The position numbers were made by a program, and so were the translations under genes. A stretch of 64,000 nt of DNA from Escherichia coli (GTDB lineage Bacteria > Pseudomonadota > Gammaproteobacteria > Enterobacterales > Enterobacteriaceae). Below the pieces are notes generated by a model, which searched no databases, was not told the origin of the DNA, and worked only from the letters and a program-made list of their open reading frames with translations. Within the stretch, counting starts at the first letter, position 1, and every line of letters begins with the position of its first letter. The stretch lies in the NCBI RefSeq assembly GCF_030013205.1, contig NZ_CP122648.1, one strand, 5' to 3'. Below, piece by piece: positions 55,646 through 64,000 of this stretch.

Positions 55646-56158
55646 TCAGCCAAGCCCGAGCGCGGAACGGATGCGATCGGGCACAATGTCCTTGCCGTCC
55701 TTCCGGTAAATGAAGTTCAGCAGGTCAATCTCCCACAACGGGCGATCGTTAACACTCAGCTTGTAGTAGGTGTTTTTAATGGCGTAAGTGTGTGATGTGG
55801 CTTCGCCCTGTTTGGCTTCCCCCATATCAATTTCCGTCACACGTCCGCGCATTTCGACTTCATACAGGTCGCTTTCTGCATCGGTGTAGTATTCACCCGC
55901 AAAACGCAGCAGCGTGCCGTCAATCGTGCCGCCATACTTAAGGAACAGCTCACGAACTGCGCCCCCCATGACAAAGCTCGCATCAAGCGCGGAGTCGTCC
56001 AGACCGAGATCAATACTTACCGCACCCATCATGCCACCACCCCGGTAGCTGTCGGTTTTGCGCGTCAGCTTAGGCAGAGTGACGGACGTCACCTTACCCA
56101 CTTCGTTTTCACCATCCACAAACAGCGTAAAAAAGCGAAGATGTTTTGGTACAGCCAT
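55646..56158 (-). CDS. Tail tube protein (P2 gpFII-like), 170 aa
   Basis: ...VTLPKLTRK...YRGGGM...DLGLDD... matches recalled P2 FII; TGATG-coupled to the sheath gene. Confidence 0.9.
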   Translation of the reverse strand: MAVPKHLRFFTLFVDGENEVGKVTSVTLPKLTRKTDSYRGGGMMGAVSIDLGLDDSALDASFVMGGAVRELFLKYGGTIDGTLLRFAGEYYTDAESDLYEVEMRGRVTEIDMGEAKQGEATSHTYAIKNTYYKLSVNDRPLWEIDLLNFIYRKDGKDIVPDRIRSALGLG

Positions 56159-57345
56159 CAGGCACCTCCCAGCACCGCAAATGCGGGACCAAAGAATTCA
56201 TCAGTAAACGACTGATAAAGCTCCATGTCTTCCAACGGGGGAACAGGCGTATATTTGTAGCGAATACGCACGCGCCCCTGACGTAAATCCGTGGTGCTGT
56301 TATCCACCACGTCATACCAGCACTCCGCGCCAATCAGTTTCCCGGCAGTCACCAGTGAATCCAGTTTTGCCCTGATGGCACTGATAACATCCTTCACGTT
56401 CGCAGGCGTCAGTGGACTGTCGATGGTTTCAAACTGCGCTTCCGCAATTGAATCAGCCAGCACCTGTGCGGTTCGGGTATACACCTCAAAGATGTAGGCG
56501 TTCGTTTCCGGTGTGCGGTTGCCCCAGAAGCGGAACCCGTTGCGACGAATAATGGTCGTGATTTCTTTGTTGTTGAGGCTGTTGGCATCGCTGTCTTCGG
56601 CCTGCAACGACCAGAACACATGCCTCGACATCCCCAGCACATTTTTAACAGGAACGTTGGACAGTGATTTGTGCCAGCCCTGCTCATGGTCAATGTACGC
56701 ACGAAGGCCGCACGCATAGGCAGGCGCGGGGAACGTTTCGTTTTTGCCACTTTTCGGGTTGTAGGCGATGAAGTCCGGCCATAAGAGCATCACCTCACGT
56801 TCGTTGAATTTCTGGCGGTAGGTAATCGCATCAGCCATCGTGTCACAGCCATGACATGAGGCATACACAAACGCGCGCAGTTTACCCGCAATCACGCACA
56901 GGGATTTTGTCACCGCCTCCGTGTCCAGCTCCGGCGCGGCCAGAATACGCGGACGGTATCCGATGCTTTCATCCTGCTCTGCAACAAGCAGCGCATACAT
57001 CCCCGTATAGCTGCCGTCAGATTCAGAACCACCGATAACCAGTTGATCCTGCGTCTTTCCGTCTTCTTCTTTGTGTTCAGCCACGCGAACGACGATCACC
57101 TTTGTGCTCACCTGGTCTGCGATAGCCTTAAGCGCACGATAAAGCGTCCCCGTTGTCCCGCATTTTCCCAGCACGTCATTGACGCGGGTCAGCAGTGTGG
57201 GCTTGTTCAGCGGGAACAGCTTCGCGTCCGCATCATCCGCCGTTGCCACGATACCGATAACACTGGAATCAACATCATTAATCGCTGTTACCAGGTCGGT
57301 ATTTTCCGTAACACGGGCACCATGAAAACGAGTTTCACTCATAGC
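56158..57345 (-). CDS. Contractile tail sheath protein (P2 gpFI-like), 395 aa
   Basis: Start taken at MSETRFHGARV; size and sequence typical of a myovirus sheath. Confidence 0.9.
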   Translation of the reverse strand, partial: AMSETRFHGARVTENTDLVTAINDVDSSVIGIVATADDADAKLFPLNKPTLLTRVNDVLGKCGTTGTLYRALKAIADQVSTKVIVVRVAEHKEEDGKTQDQLVIGGSESDGSYTGMYALLVAEQDESIGYRPRILAAPELDTEAVTKSLCVIAGKLRAFVYASCHGCDTMADAITYRQKFNEREVMLLWPDFIAYNPKSGKNETFPAPAYACGLRAYIDHEQGWHKSLSNVPVKNVLGMSRHVFWSLQAEDSDANSLNNKEITTIIRRNGFRFWGNRTPETNAYIFEVYTRTAQVLADSIAEAQFETIDSPLTPANVKDVISAIRAKLDSLVTAGKLIGAECWYDVVDNSTTDLRQGRVRIRYKYTPVPPLEDMELYQSFTDEFFGPAFAVLGGA

Positions 57346-57499
57346 TTCAGCCCCTTGTATCCGTAAAATGATTCGGCAACAATCATCACCCACCACGCGC
57401 GTAATCTCACCCCTGCGCCGTTCTCCCGACCCGGCGACAACAAAAAGCAGTAACCCCCTCCGCACGCACATGCGACCATGCCGCACAGGGAGGGAACAG

Positions 57500-58609
57500 A
57501 TGACCGATACCACCATGCAATTGCTCAGTCAGGGCACAGACCCCGTGAAAATGCCGGATTTTGATATTCTCGCGGAGGGTAAAACGCTGTCAGGCGTGGC
57601 AGAGCGCCTGATGAGCCTGTCACTGACCGACAACCGGGGATTTGAGGCGGACCAGCTCACCATCACGCTGGATGATGCGGATGGTCAGTTGCAGCTACCG
57701 CCACGGGGCGCGCGCCTGACGGTTCTCATTGGCTGGAAAGGAGAACCGCTGACAGAAAAAGGCACTTACATTGTTGATGAAATCGCTCACGAAGGACCGC
57801 CGGACAGGCTGACTGTTTCAGCCAGAAGCGCAGATTTTCGGGATGAATTTAACGTTAAACGTGAGGTGTCCTGGCATGATGTGACCGTTGAGCGTGTGGT
57901 ATCCGCCATCGCTCATCGGTACGGCCTGAAACCGCAAATCAGCGAAATGCTGATGGATATCGAAATCGACCACGCCGACCAGACCGAAGAAAGCGACATG
58001 TCCTTTCTTACGCGCATGGCGGAAATGCTGGGCGCAATCACCACGGTAAAAAGCGGTAATCTGTTATTCATTATGCCAGGCGGTGGCGTGAACGCACAGG
58101 GCCAGCCGTTGCCCTCGTTCGCCATTACACGCAGCAGCGGCGATCGCCATCAGTTCCGTATTGCTGACCGCGAGGCGTATACGGGGGTACGCGCCTACTG
58201 GCTTGATCTTAATTACGGGAAAAAGAAAAAAGTCAGCGTGAAACGCCGTAAACCGCCAAAACCCAAAAAGGAGAAAAGCAGCAGCCGTGAAGGTGATTAT
58301 ATGGAAGGCGCGGAAGGCAATGTGTTTGTGTTACGCAAGACTTATCAGAACGAGCAGGCAGCAAGACGCGCAGCGGCGGCAAAGTGGCAGCAGCTACAAC
58401 GCGGAGCCGCATCATTCTCCATCACGCTGGCGCGTGGACGTGCAGAACTCTACCCTGAAATGCATGGCACGGTGACAGGCTTTAAAAGTGACATCGACAA
58501 TCAGGACTGGATTATTGCAAAAGCCGAGCACACCATTGATAACAGCGGCTTTACCACGCAGCTTGAGCTTGAAGCAAAAATCCCAGAATGGATAGCAGAA
58601 ACAGAGTAA
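57500..58609 (+). CDS. Tail protein D (P2 gpD-like), 369 aa
   Basis: Start at MTDTTMQLL with RBS AGGGAGGG; gpD-like sequence; ORF track extends upstream to 57368. Confidence 0.85.
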   Translation: MTDTTMQLLSQGTDPVKMPDFDILAEGKTLSGVAERLMSLSLTDNRGFEADQLTITLDDADGQLQLPPRGARLTVLIGWKGEPLTEKGTYIVDEIAHEGPPDRLTVSARSADFRDEFNVKREVSWHDVTVERVVSAIAHRYGLKPQISEMLMDIEIDHADQTEESDMSFLTRMAEMLGAITTVKSGNLLFIMPGGGVNAQGQPLPSFAITRSSGDRHQFRIADREAYTGVRAYWLDLNYGKKKKVSVKRRKPPKPKKEKSSSREGDYMEGAEGNVFVLRKTYQNEQAARRAAAAKWQQLQRGAASFSITLARGRAELYPEMHGTVTGFKSDIDNQDWIIAKAEHTIDNSGFTTQLELEAKIPEWIAETE

Positions 58610-58785
58610 ACAACTTAGATGCATTAGCCCTGACATTTGCTAACGCGCCTACAGCAAGAATCATAATCAATCTGACAGCCTACCCGGTGTCAAAATCAGA
58701 AGTACCTTACATTAGAATATGTTAATTTGTAGCAAACAAATTTACACACAAATAATTACTGCTGAAATAGCGCCCCATAAATGCC

Positions 58786-59469
58786 ATGTCAGAGGACCAT
58801 GTTATGAATATGCAAATTTTTATTGGACCAACAGCCACAGTTGCCGCGGTCTGCCTTGCTGCATATTTTGCTTTACGAAATGAGCGTAAAAAGAAAGCGC
58901 TTGAGATTAGAACAACTCAACTAGATCGAATATCTGAGCTAGTAAGCAGAGCATCTACCAATTTGATGCAATATACAGGTACTCTTGCCTCTATACTGGA
59001 AGCGCACACCAAAGAAAATTATCTACCAGACCACAAATTTAACATTAATGAAATTAGCAAATGGAAAAATGATCTCGATAAGAGAGAAGATTGGGCTATT
59101 GATATACAGCAACTAAGAACATGCCAGCACAACCTGGAGTTTCATCGTGAAAAAGAATGGGCTGAATGGGAAAAAATAATTCCACCATTACTTGATAAAA
59201 TTAACCAATTTTTTCTCATATCCAAGCCGGGGCAACCTGTTACGCTTATAAATGGTCAAAATAAAACAGTCGATGAACTGATTGCTTTCTCAATATACTT
59301 ACAACAACAAACAGAAGAAATTAAAGCGGTACGTAAGCTGCTACTTTCTCAAATGAGAGAAGAATTCATCGAGTTAACTAGCTTTGAACCTGTCACAATA
59401 TTTAGCTTATTAAAATCAATAAAGAAAAGTGTCCTGCAATTTTTCTGTATCAGTGCTCTTAAAAATTGA
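58786..59469 (+). CDS. Membrane-anchored hypothetical protein, 227 aa, AT-rich cargo between D and ogr
   Basis: N-terminal TM helix (IFIGPTATVAAVCLAAYFAL) then ~190-aa charged helical domain; low GC; followed by a hairpin terminator at ~59483-59512. Confidence 0.6.
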   Translation: MSEDHVMNMQIFIGPTATVAAVCLAAYFALRNERKKKALEIRTTQLDRISELVSRASTNLMQYTGTLASILEAHTKENYLPDHKFNINEISKWKNDLDKREDWAIDIQQLRTCQHNLEFHREKEWAEWEKIIPPLLDKINQFFLISKPGQPVTLINGQNKTVDELIAFSIYLQQQTEEIKAVRKLLLSQMREEFIELTSFEPVTIFSLLKSIKKSVLQFFCISALKN

Positions 59470-59618
59470 CGCTCTGTTACAAGCAACCCCAGTGTTAAAC
59501 TGGGGTTATTCTTGCTAAGAGACCTTTATACGGCATAAGTAAACAAAGAGAACTATCAGTTGGAGTCTGGGCAAGTTCAGCCTAAACTAGCGACAGTACC
59601 ACGTTAAGGGAGGTCGCT

Positions 59619-59879
59619 ATGTTCCGTTGTCCGCTTTGTGGCGCATCTGCCCGTATCCGCACCAGTCGTCCGGAAAATGATTCAAACACCGTGCGGCAAA
59701 AGTATTACCAGTGCAACAACCTGGAATGCGGCGTATGCTTCTCAACACTGGAAGCTTTCCATAAATTCACATCGAAACACGCCTCCGGCATCCACTCTTC
59801 AGAAGGTATCCCGTGGCATGAGCTGCCAGCTTCACACAGGGGAAACAATCAGATGAGCTTGCCTTTACCTCAGAATTAA
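59619..59879 (+). CDS. ogr: Ogr/Delta-like zinc-finger late gene activator, 86 aa
   Basis: MFRCPLCGASARIRTSR...QKYYQCNNLECG: CxxC...CxxC arrangement as in P2 Ogr. Confidence 0.8.
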   Translation: MFRCPLCGASARIRTSRPENDSNTVRQKYYQCNNLECGVCFSTLEAFHKFTSKHASGIHSSEGIPWHELPASHRGNNQMSLPLPQN

Positions 59880-59939
59880 CAGGCAGAATTGCCGGAGTAA
59901 CAAAAAAGCGATAGATTACGCGCGGGTGCCTTTCGGCTG

Positions 59940-60152
59940 ATGGTCGGAGGGAATACCCGAAGGCCGGATGTGGAAAGGCCCCGGAAAACATTTTTGTTTA
60001 ACCGAGGCCCTGACCATACAACCTTCGCAAGTCGTAGGTTAGCGCCTCTCCAACAAAGGAGCAAGCGCTATGTCGCAAAAATCGCTTATGGCCATCACGT
60101 TCTGCGTGACGGTAATCCTCATCATCTGGATGCTGCACGGTTCGCTGTGTGA
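59940..60152 (+). CDS. Mok-like reading frame overlapping the hok-like toxin gene
   Basis: 70-codon ORF in another frame, starting upstream of and ending within the toxin ORF, as in hok/mok loci. Confidence 0.4.
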   Translation: MVGGNTRRPDVERPRKTFLFNRGPDHTTFASRRLAPLQQRSKRYVAKIAYGHHVLRDGNPHHLDAARFAV

Positions 60153-60210
60153 AATACGGATGAGCTTCTGGGGAGCGGAGTTTGCGGCGTTCTTACAGTG
60201 TAAGCAGTAA
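60070..60210 (+). CDS. Hok/Gef-family type I toxin, 46 aa (MSQKSLMAITFCVTVILIIWMLHGSLCEIRMSFWGAEFAAFLQCKQ)
   Basis: N-terminal TM helix then SLCEIR and AAF motifs characteristic of Hok-family toxins; RBS AAGGAG 8 nt upstream; below the ORF-track length cutoff. Confidence 0.75.
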   Translation: MSQKSLMAITFCVTVILIIWMLHGSLCEIRMSFWGAEFAAFLQCKQ

Positions 60211-60302
60211 GGAAACCGCGACGGGGGAGCAATCCCCCGTCAATCGGTTGCCAGGGTAAAGGTCGAAAAGGCACCCTATTTCCAGTTGACGTGAACAACA
60301 AG

Positions 60303-60336
60303 CCCGCAGCGTAAAAACTGCGGGTTTTCTTTTTGG
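60303..60336 (+). terminator. Rho-independent terminator, likely 3' end of the hok-like mRNA
   Basis: CCCGCAG-loop-CTGCGGG followed by TTTTCTTTTT. Confidence 0.6.
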
Positions 60337-60367
60337 TTCCCTCACTCATGAGGAAACCAAAAACAAA

Positions 60368-60396
60368 GCCCACAGCATAGAAGCTGTGGGCTTTTT
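60368..60396. terminator. Bidirectional hairpin terminator between the hok-like locus and serS
   Basis: GCCCACAGC-ATAGAA-GCTGTGGGC with T-runs on both strands. Confidence 0.55.
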
Positions 60397-60470
60397 GCAT
60401 TCAAAGATGGACGTTATATGGACACTTAAAAATAAAATCCATTTATTTTCAAATGATTAAACCTCTACTT

Positions 60471-60490
60471 AAAGCGCCCGCAGGCGCTTT
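60471..60490. repeat. attR: 20-bp direct repeat AAAGCGCCCGCAGGCGCTTT
   Basis: Identical to 39420-39439; 23 bp downstream of the serS stop. Confidence 0.8.
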
Positions 60491-60512
60491 TTAGATTCAG
60501 AAAAATTGGGTA

Positions 60513-61826
<1,314 letters not shown>

Positions 61827-61895
61827 TTAAATGGGAGATGTGGCCACAGCCTGCGACCACAGGGATACAGTAACAACATTACCGCAACGATAACA

Positions 61896-63239
61896 TTAAC
61901 GGTAGCGTTTTATGGGGCTATTTTGATCCTGTTCAGCCAGCCAGGCGAGCTTTTCGCCAATCTTGCCTTCAAGGCCCCTGTTTGTCGGGAAATAATAGCG
62001 TGTTTGTGCTATTTCCGGCGGGAAGTAAACCTCACCGGCAGCATAAGCGTTTGCTTCATCATGAGCGTAACGATATTCCTGCCCGTAGCCCATTTCCTTC
62101 ATTAATTTCGTCGGCGCATTACGCAAATGAACCGGCACGTCATAATCCGGACGTTCGCGAGCATCCGCCAGCGCGGCTTTAAACGCAGTGTAGACAGCGT
62201 TGCTTTTTGGCGCGCAGGCCAGGTAAACAATCGCCTGAGCAATGGCGCGTTCTCCTTCCGCCGGGCCAACTCGGGTAAAGCAATCCCAGGCCGCAATTGC
62301 CACCTGCATCGCTCGTGGATCAGCATTACCCACATCTTCCGACGCTATCGCCAGACAGCGACGCGCGACATATAACGGATCGCCACCGGCAGTAATAATT
62401 CGCGCATACCAGTACAGCGCCGCATCGGGTGCGCTACCACGTACCGACTTATGCAGTGCGGAAATGAGATCGTAAAAGCGATCGCCTTTGTTATCAAAGC
62501 GGGCGCTACGTTCACCGGCGATTTCGGTCAGTAATTCAGGCTTCAGGACCCGCTTACCGCTATCATCGACTTCGGCCATATCCGCCATCATTTCCAGCGT
62601 ATTTAACGCCCGGCGCGCGTCGCCATTCACCAGTTCAGCAATGGCGCGTCGCGTTTCATCTGGCAGAACTATATCCTGACCACCATAGCCACGGGTTTTG
62701 TCTTCCATCGCCTGAGTAAGCACCTGCTCAATATCCTCTGTACTCAGGGATTTCAGCAGATAGACACGGGCACGGGAAAGCAGTGCCGAGTTAAGTTCAA
62801 ACGACGGGTTTTCAGTGGTTGCGCCAATAAAAGTGATGGTGCCGTCTTCAATATGTGGCAGAAATGCATCCTGCTGGCTTTTGTTGAATCGGTGAACTTC
62901 GTCAACAAAAAGAATAGTGCGGCGACCAGCATTGCGGTTTTGCCGAGCGCGCTCGATCGCCTCGCGAATCTCTTTCACGCCAGAAGTAACGGCAGAAATA
63001 CGTTCCACATCAGCGTTCGCATAGCGGGCAATCACTTCAGCGAGGGTTGTTTTGCCGGTACCCGGTGGCCCCCAGAGGATCATAGAATGCAAATGCCCGG
63101 CTTCGATAGCACGCGGCAACGGCTTCCCCGCAGCCAACAAATGTTGCTGGCCGATATACTGTGCTAAATTTTCTGGCCGCATACGCGCGGCCAGAGGTTG
63201 AAAAGTATTATCCGAAAAATCGAGCGACAGATTGCTCAC
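61896..63239 (-). CDS. rarA: Replication-associated recombination protein A (AAA+ ATPase), 447 aa
   Basis: Walker [10 protein letters not shown]; MgsA/RarA family. Confidence 0.96.
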
Positions 63240-63249
63240 TCAGGTGCCT

Positions 63250-63861
63250 CTACTTACGTTGATCATCTACCGTTACGCCTTGCGGCGGGGTGAAGGTAAA
63301 TTTCGCTGCATCCACAGTCCCATTTTGCTGGGATTTCAGCTGATAACTGCTGCGCTGATCGTCCTGCTCCACCGCGCTAAACTGATGGATTGTGCCATCA
63401 CGTCCCACGTTAATGGTGAACTGCTTCAGATTGCCATTGCTGGCTTTCGGCGTCAGGACAAAGTCATCGCCATTCTGTTTGATATTGTACTGCTGCCAGT
63501 CGCTGGACTGGTTGCGGGCAATCAGCATAAACGGCGTATTACCGGTGGCATCTTTCAGCCAGGTTGCCGTAGCTTGCTCAACGAACGGGTTATAGAACCA
63601 CAGTGTTTTACCGTCAGAAACCAGAATGCTTTCATCAGGTTGAGTCATATGCCAGTTGAATAAGTTTGGACGTTTCACCCACAGATCGCCCTGGCCTTCC
63701 TGCACCGCCGCGCCGCTACCGTCAGTCACTTTTTGTGTGAAGCTGGCGTGGAAGCTGCTGACTTTATCCAGGCGGCTTTTAAGATCGCTTGCGGCATCAG
63801 CCCAAACGCTGCTTGCTACTAAGCTTGAGAGTAATGCACAGGTGATGGCAATTTTTTTCAT
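63250..63861 (-). CDS. lolA: Outer-membrane lipoprotein carrier protein LolA
   Basis: Signal peptide [21 protein letters not shown] then LolA body; ORF has one extra upstream Met. Confidence 0.95.
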   Translation of the reverse strand: MKKIAITCALLSSLVASSVWADAASDLKSRLDKVSSFHASFTQKVTDGSGAAVQEGQGDLWVKRPNLFNWHMTQPDESILVSDGKTLWFYNPFVEQATATWLKDATGNTPFMLIARNQSSDWQQYNIKQNGDDFVLTPKASNGNLKQFTINVGRDGTIHQFSAVEQDDQRSSYQLKSQQNGTVDAAKFTFTPPQGVTVDDQRK

Positions 63862-64000
63862 CATTATTCCTCAAATTACGTCACTCCCGATCGGGAGTTC
63901 CCTCTACTCTCTATTCCAGGCTAATAATCAGCTTGAGGAAAGAAGAAAATACTGAATTTTCAGTTGTTAGAGTGCCGGATGCGACGCTACCGAGCCTTAT

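Larger units (their letters stand above)
39420..60490. mobile_element. Defective P2-like prophage (~21 kb) between dmsA and serS
   Basis: Bounded by 20-bp direct repeats; P2-like int next to attL, P2 C-like repressor, tail genes I/H/G/FI/FII/E/T/U/D, ogr-like; AT-rich cargo genes; dmsA and serS are adjacent in K-12 as recalled. Confidence 0.85.

Noticed and set aside
39420-60490. Retron or other reverse-transcriptase system in the prophage
   Set aside because: No ORF of RT size or with a YxDD-type motif was seen; the structured non-coding regions have no adjacent RT gene
39420-60490. Functional tailocin (R-type bacteriocin) interpretation of the tail-only element
   Set aside because: No lysis cassette, and spike/baseplate genes V and W and most of J appear missing; the sheath-tube block is inverted away from its operon, so an intact particle seems unlikely without further evidence
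63865-64000. ORF 63656-63955 (plus strand, 99 aa) and a possible REP-like sequence near the window end
   Set aside because: The ORF overlaps the lolA start and upstream region antisense and looks spurious; the GCCGGATGCGACGC-like motif is truncated by the window edge and cannot be assessed

Overview
The window is Escherichia coli-type chromosome, reverse-oriented relative to K-12: mukB-mukE-mukF-cmoM / elyC / ycbJ-kdsB-ycaR-ycaQ-lpxK-msbA-ycaI-ihfB-rpsA-cmk-ycaL / aroA-serC-ycaP / ycaO-focA-pflB-pflA / ycaM-ycaD / ycaC / dmsCBA, then serS-rarA-lolA at the right end. Two insertions interrupt this backbone. One is an IS200-type element (Y1 transposase TnpA) between ycaL and aroA. The other is a ~21 kb defective P2-like prophage (about 39420-60490) between dmsA and serS, bounded by a perfect 20-bp direct repeat that is the serS terminator stem-loop. 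The prophage keeps integrase, a P2 C-like repressor, an early operon of small unknown genes, a tail module (I, H, G, FI, FII, E/E', T, U, D) and an Ogr-like zinc finger, but no capsid, terminase, lysis or replication genes were seen. Its FI-FII-E-T-U block is inverted relative to canonical P2 order. The most interesting content is AT-rich cargo inside the prophage: an unannotated Hok-family type I toxin locus with an overlapping Mok-like frame and 5'/3' fold-back complementarity; a membrane-anchored 227-aa orphan between D and ogr; a translationally coupled operon ending in a small membrane protein plus an SPFH/band-7 lipoprotein; a WcaB/CysE-like hexapeptide acetyltransferase at the Z/fun-equivalent position; and a convergent AT-rich gene pair. 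All calls rest on reading the sequence and recalled protein families; no database search was run. No rRNA, tRNA, CRISPR array or reverse transcriptase was seen.
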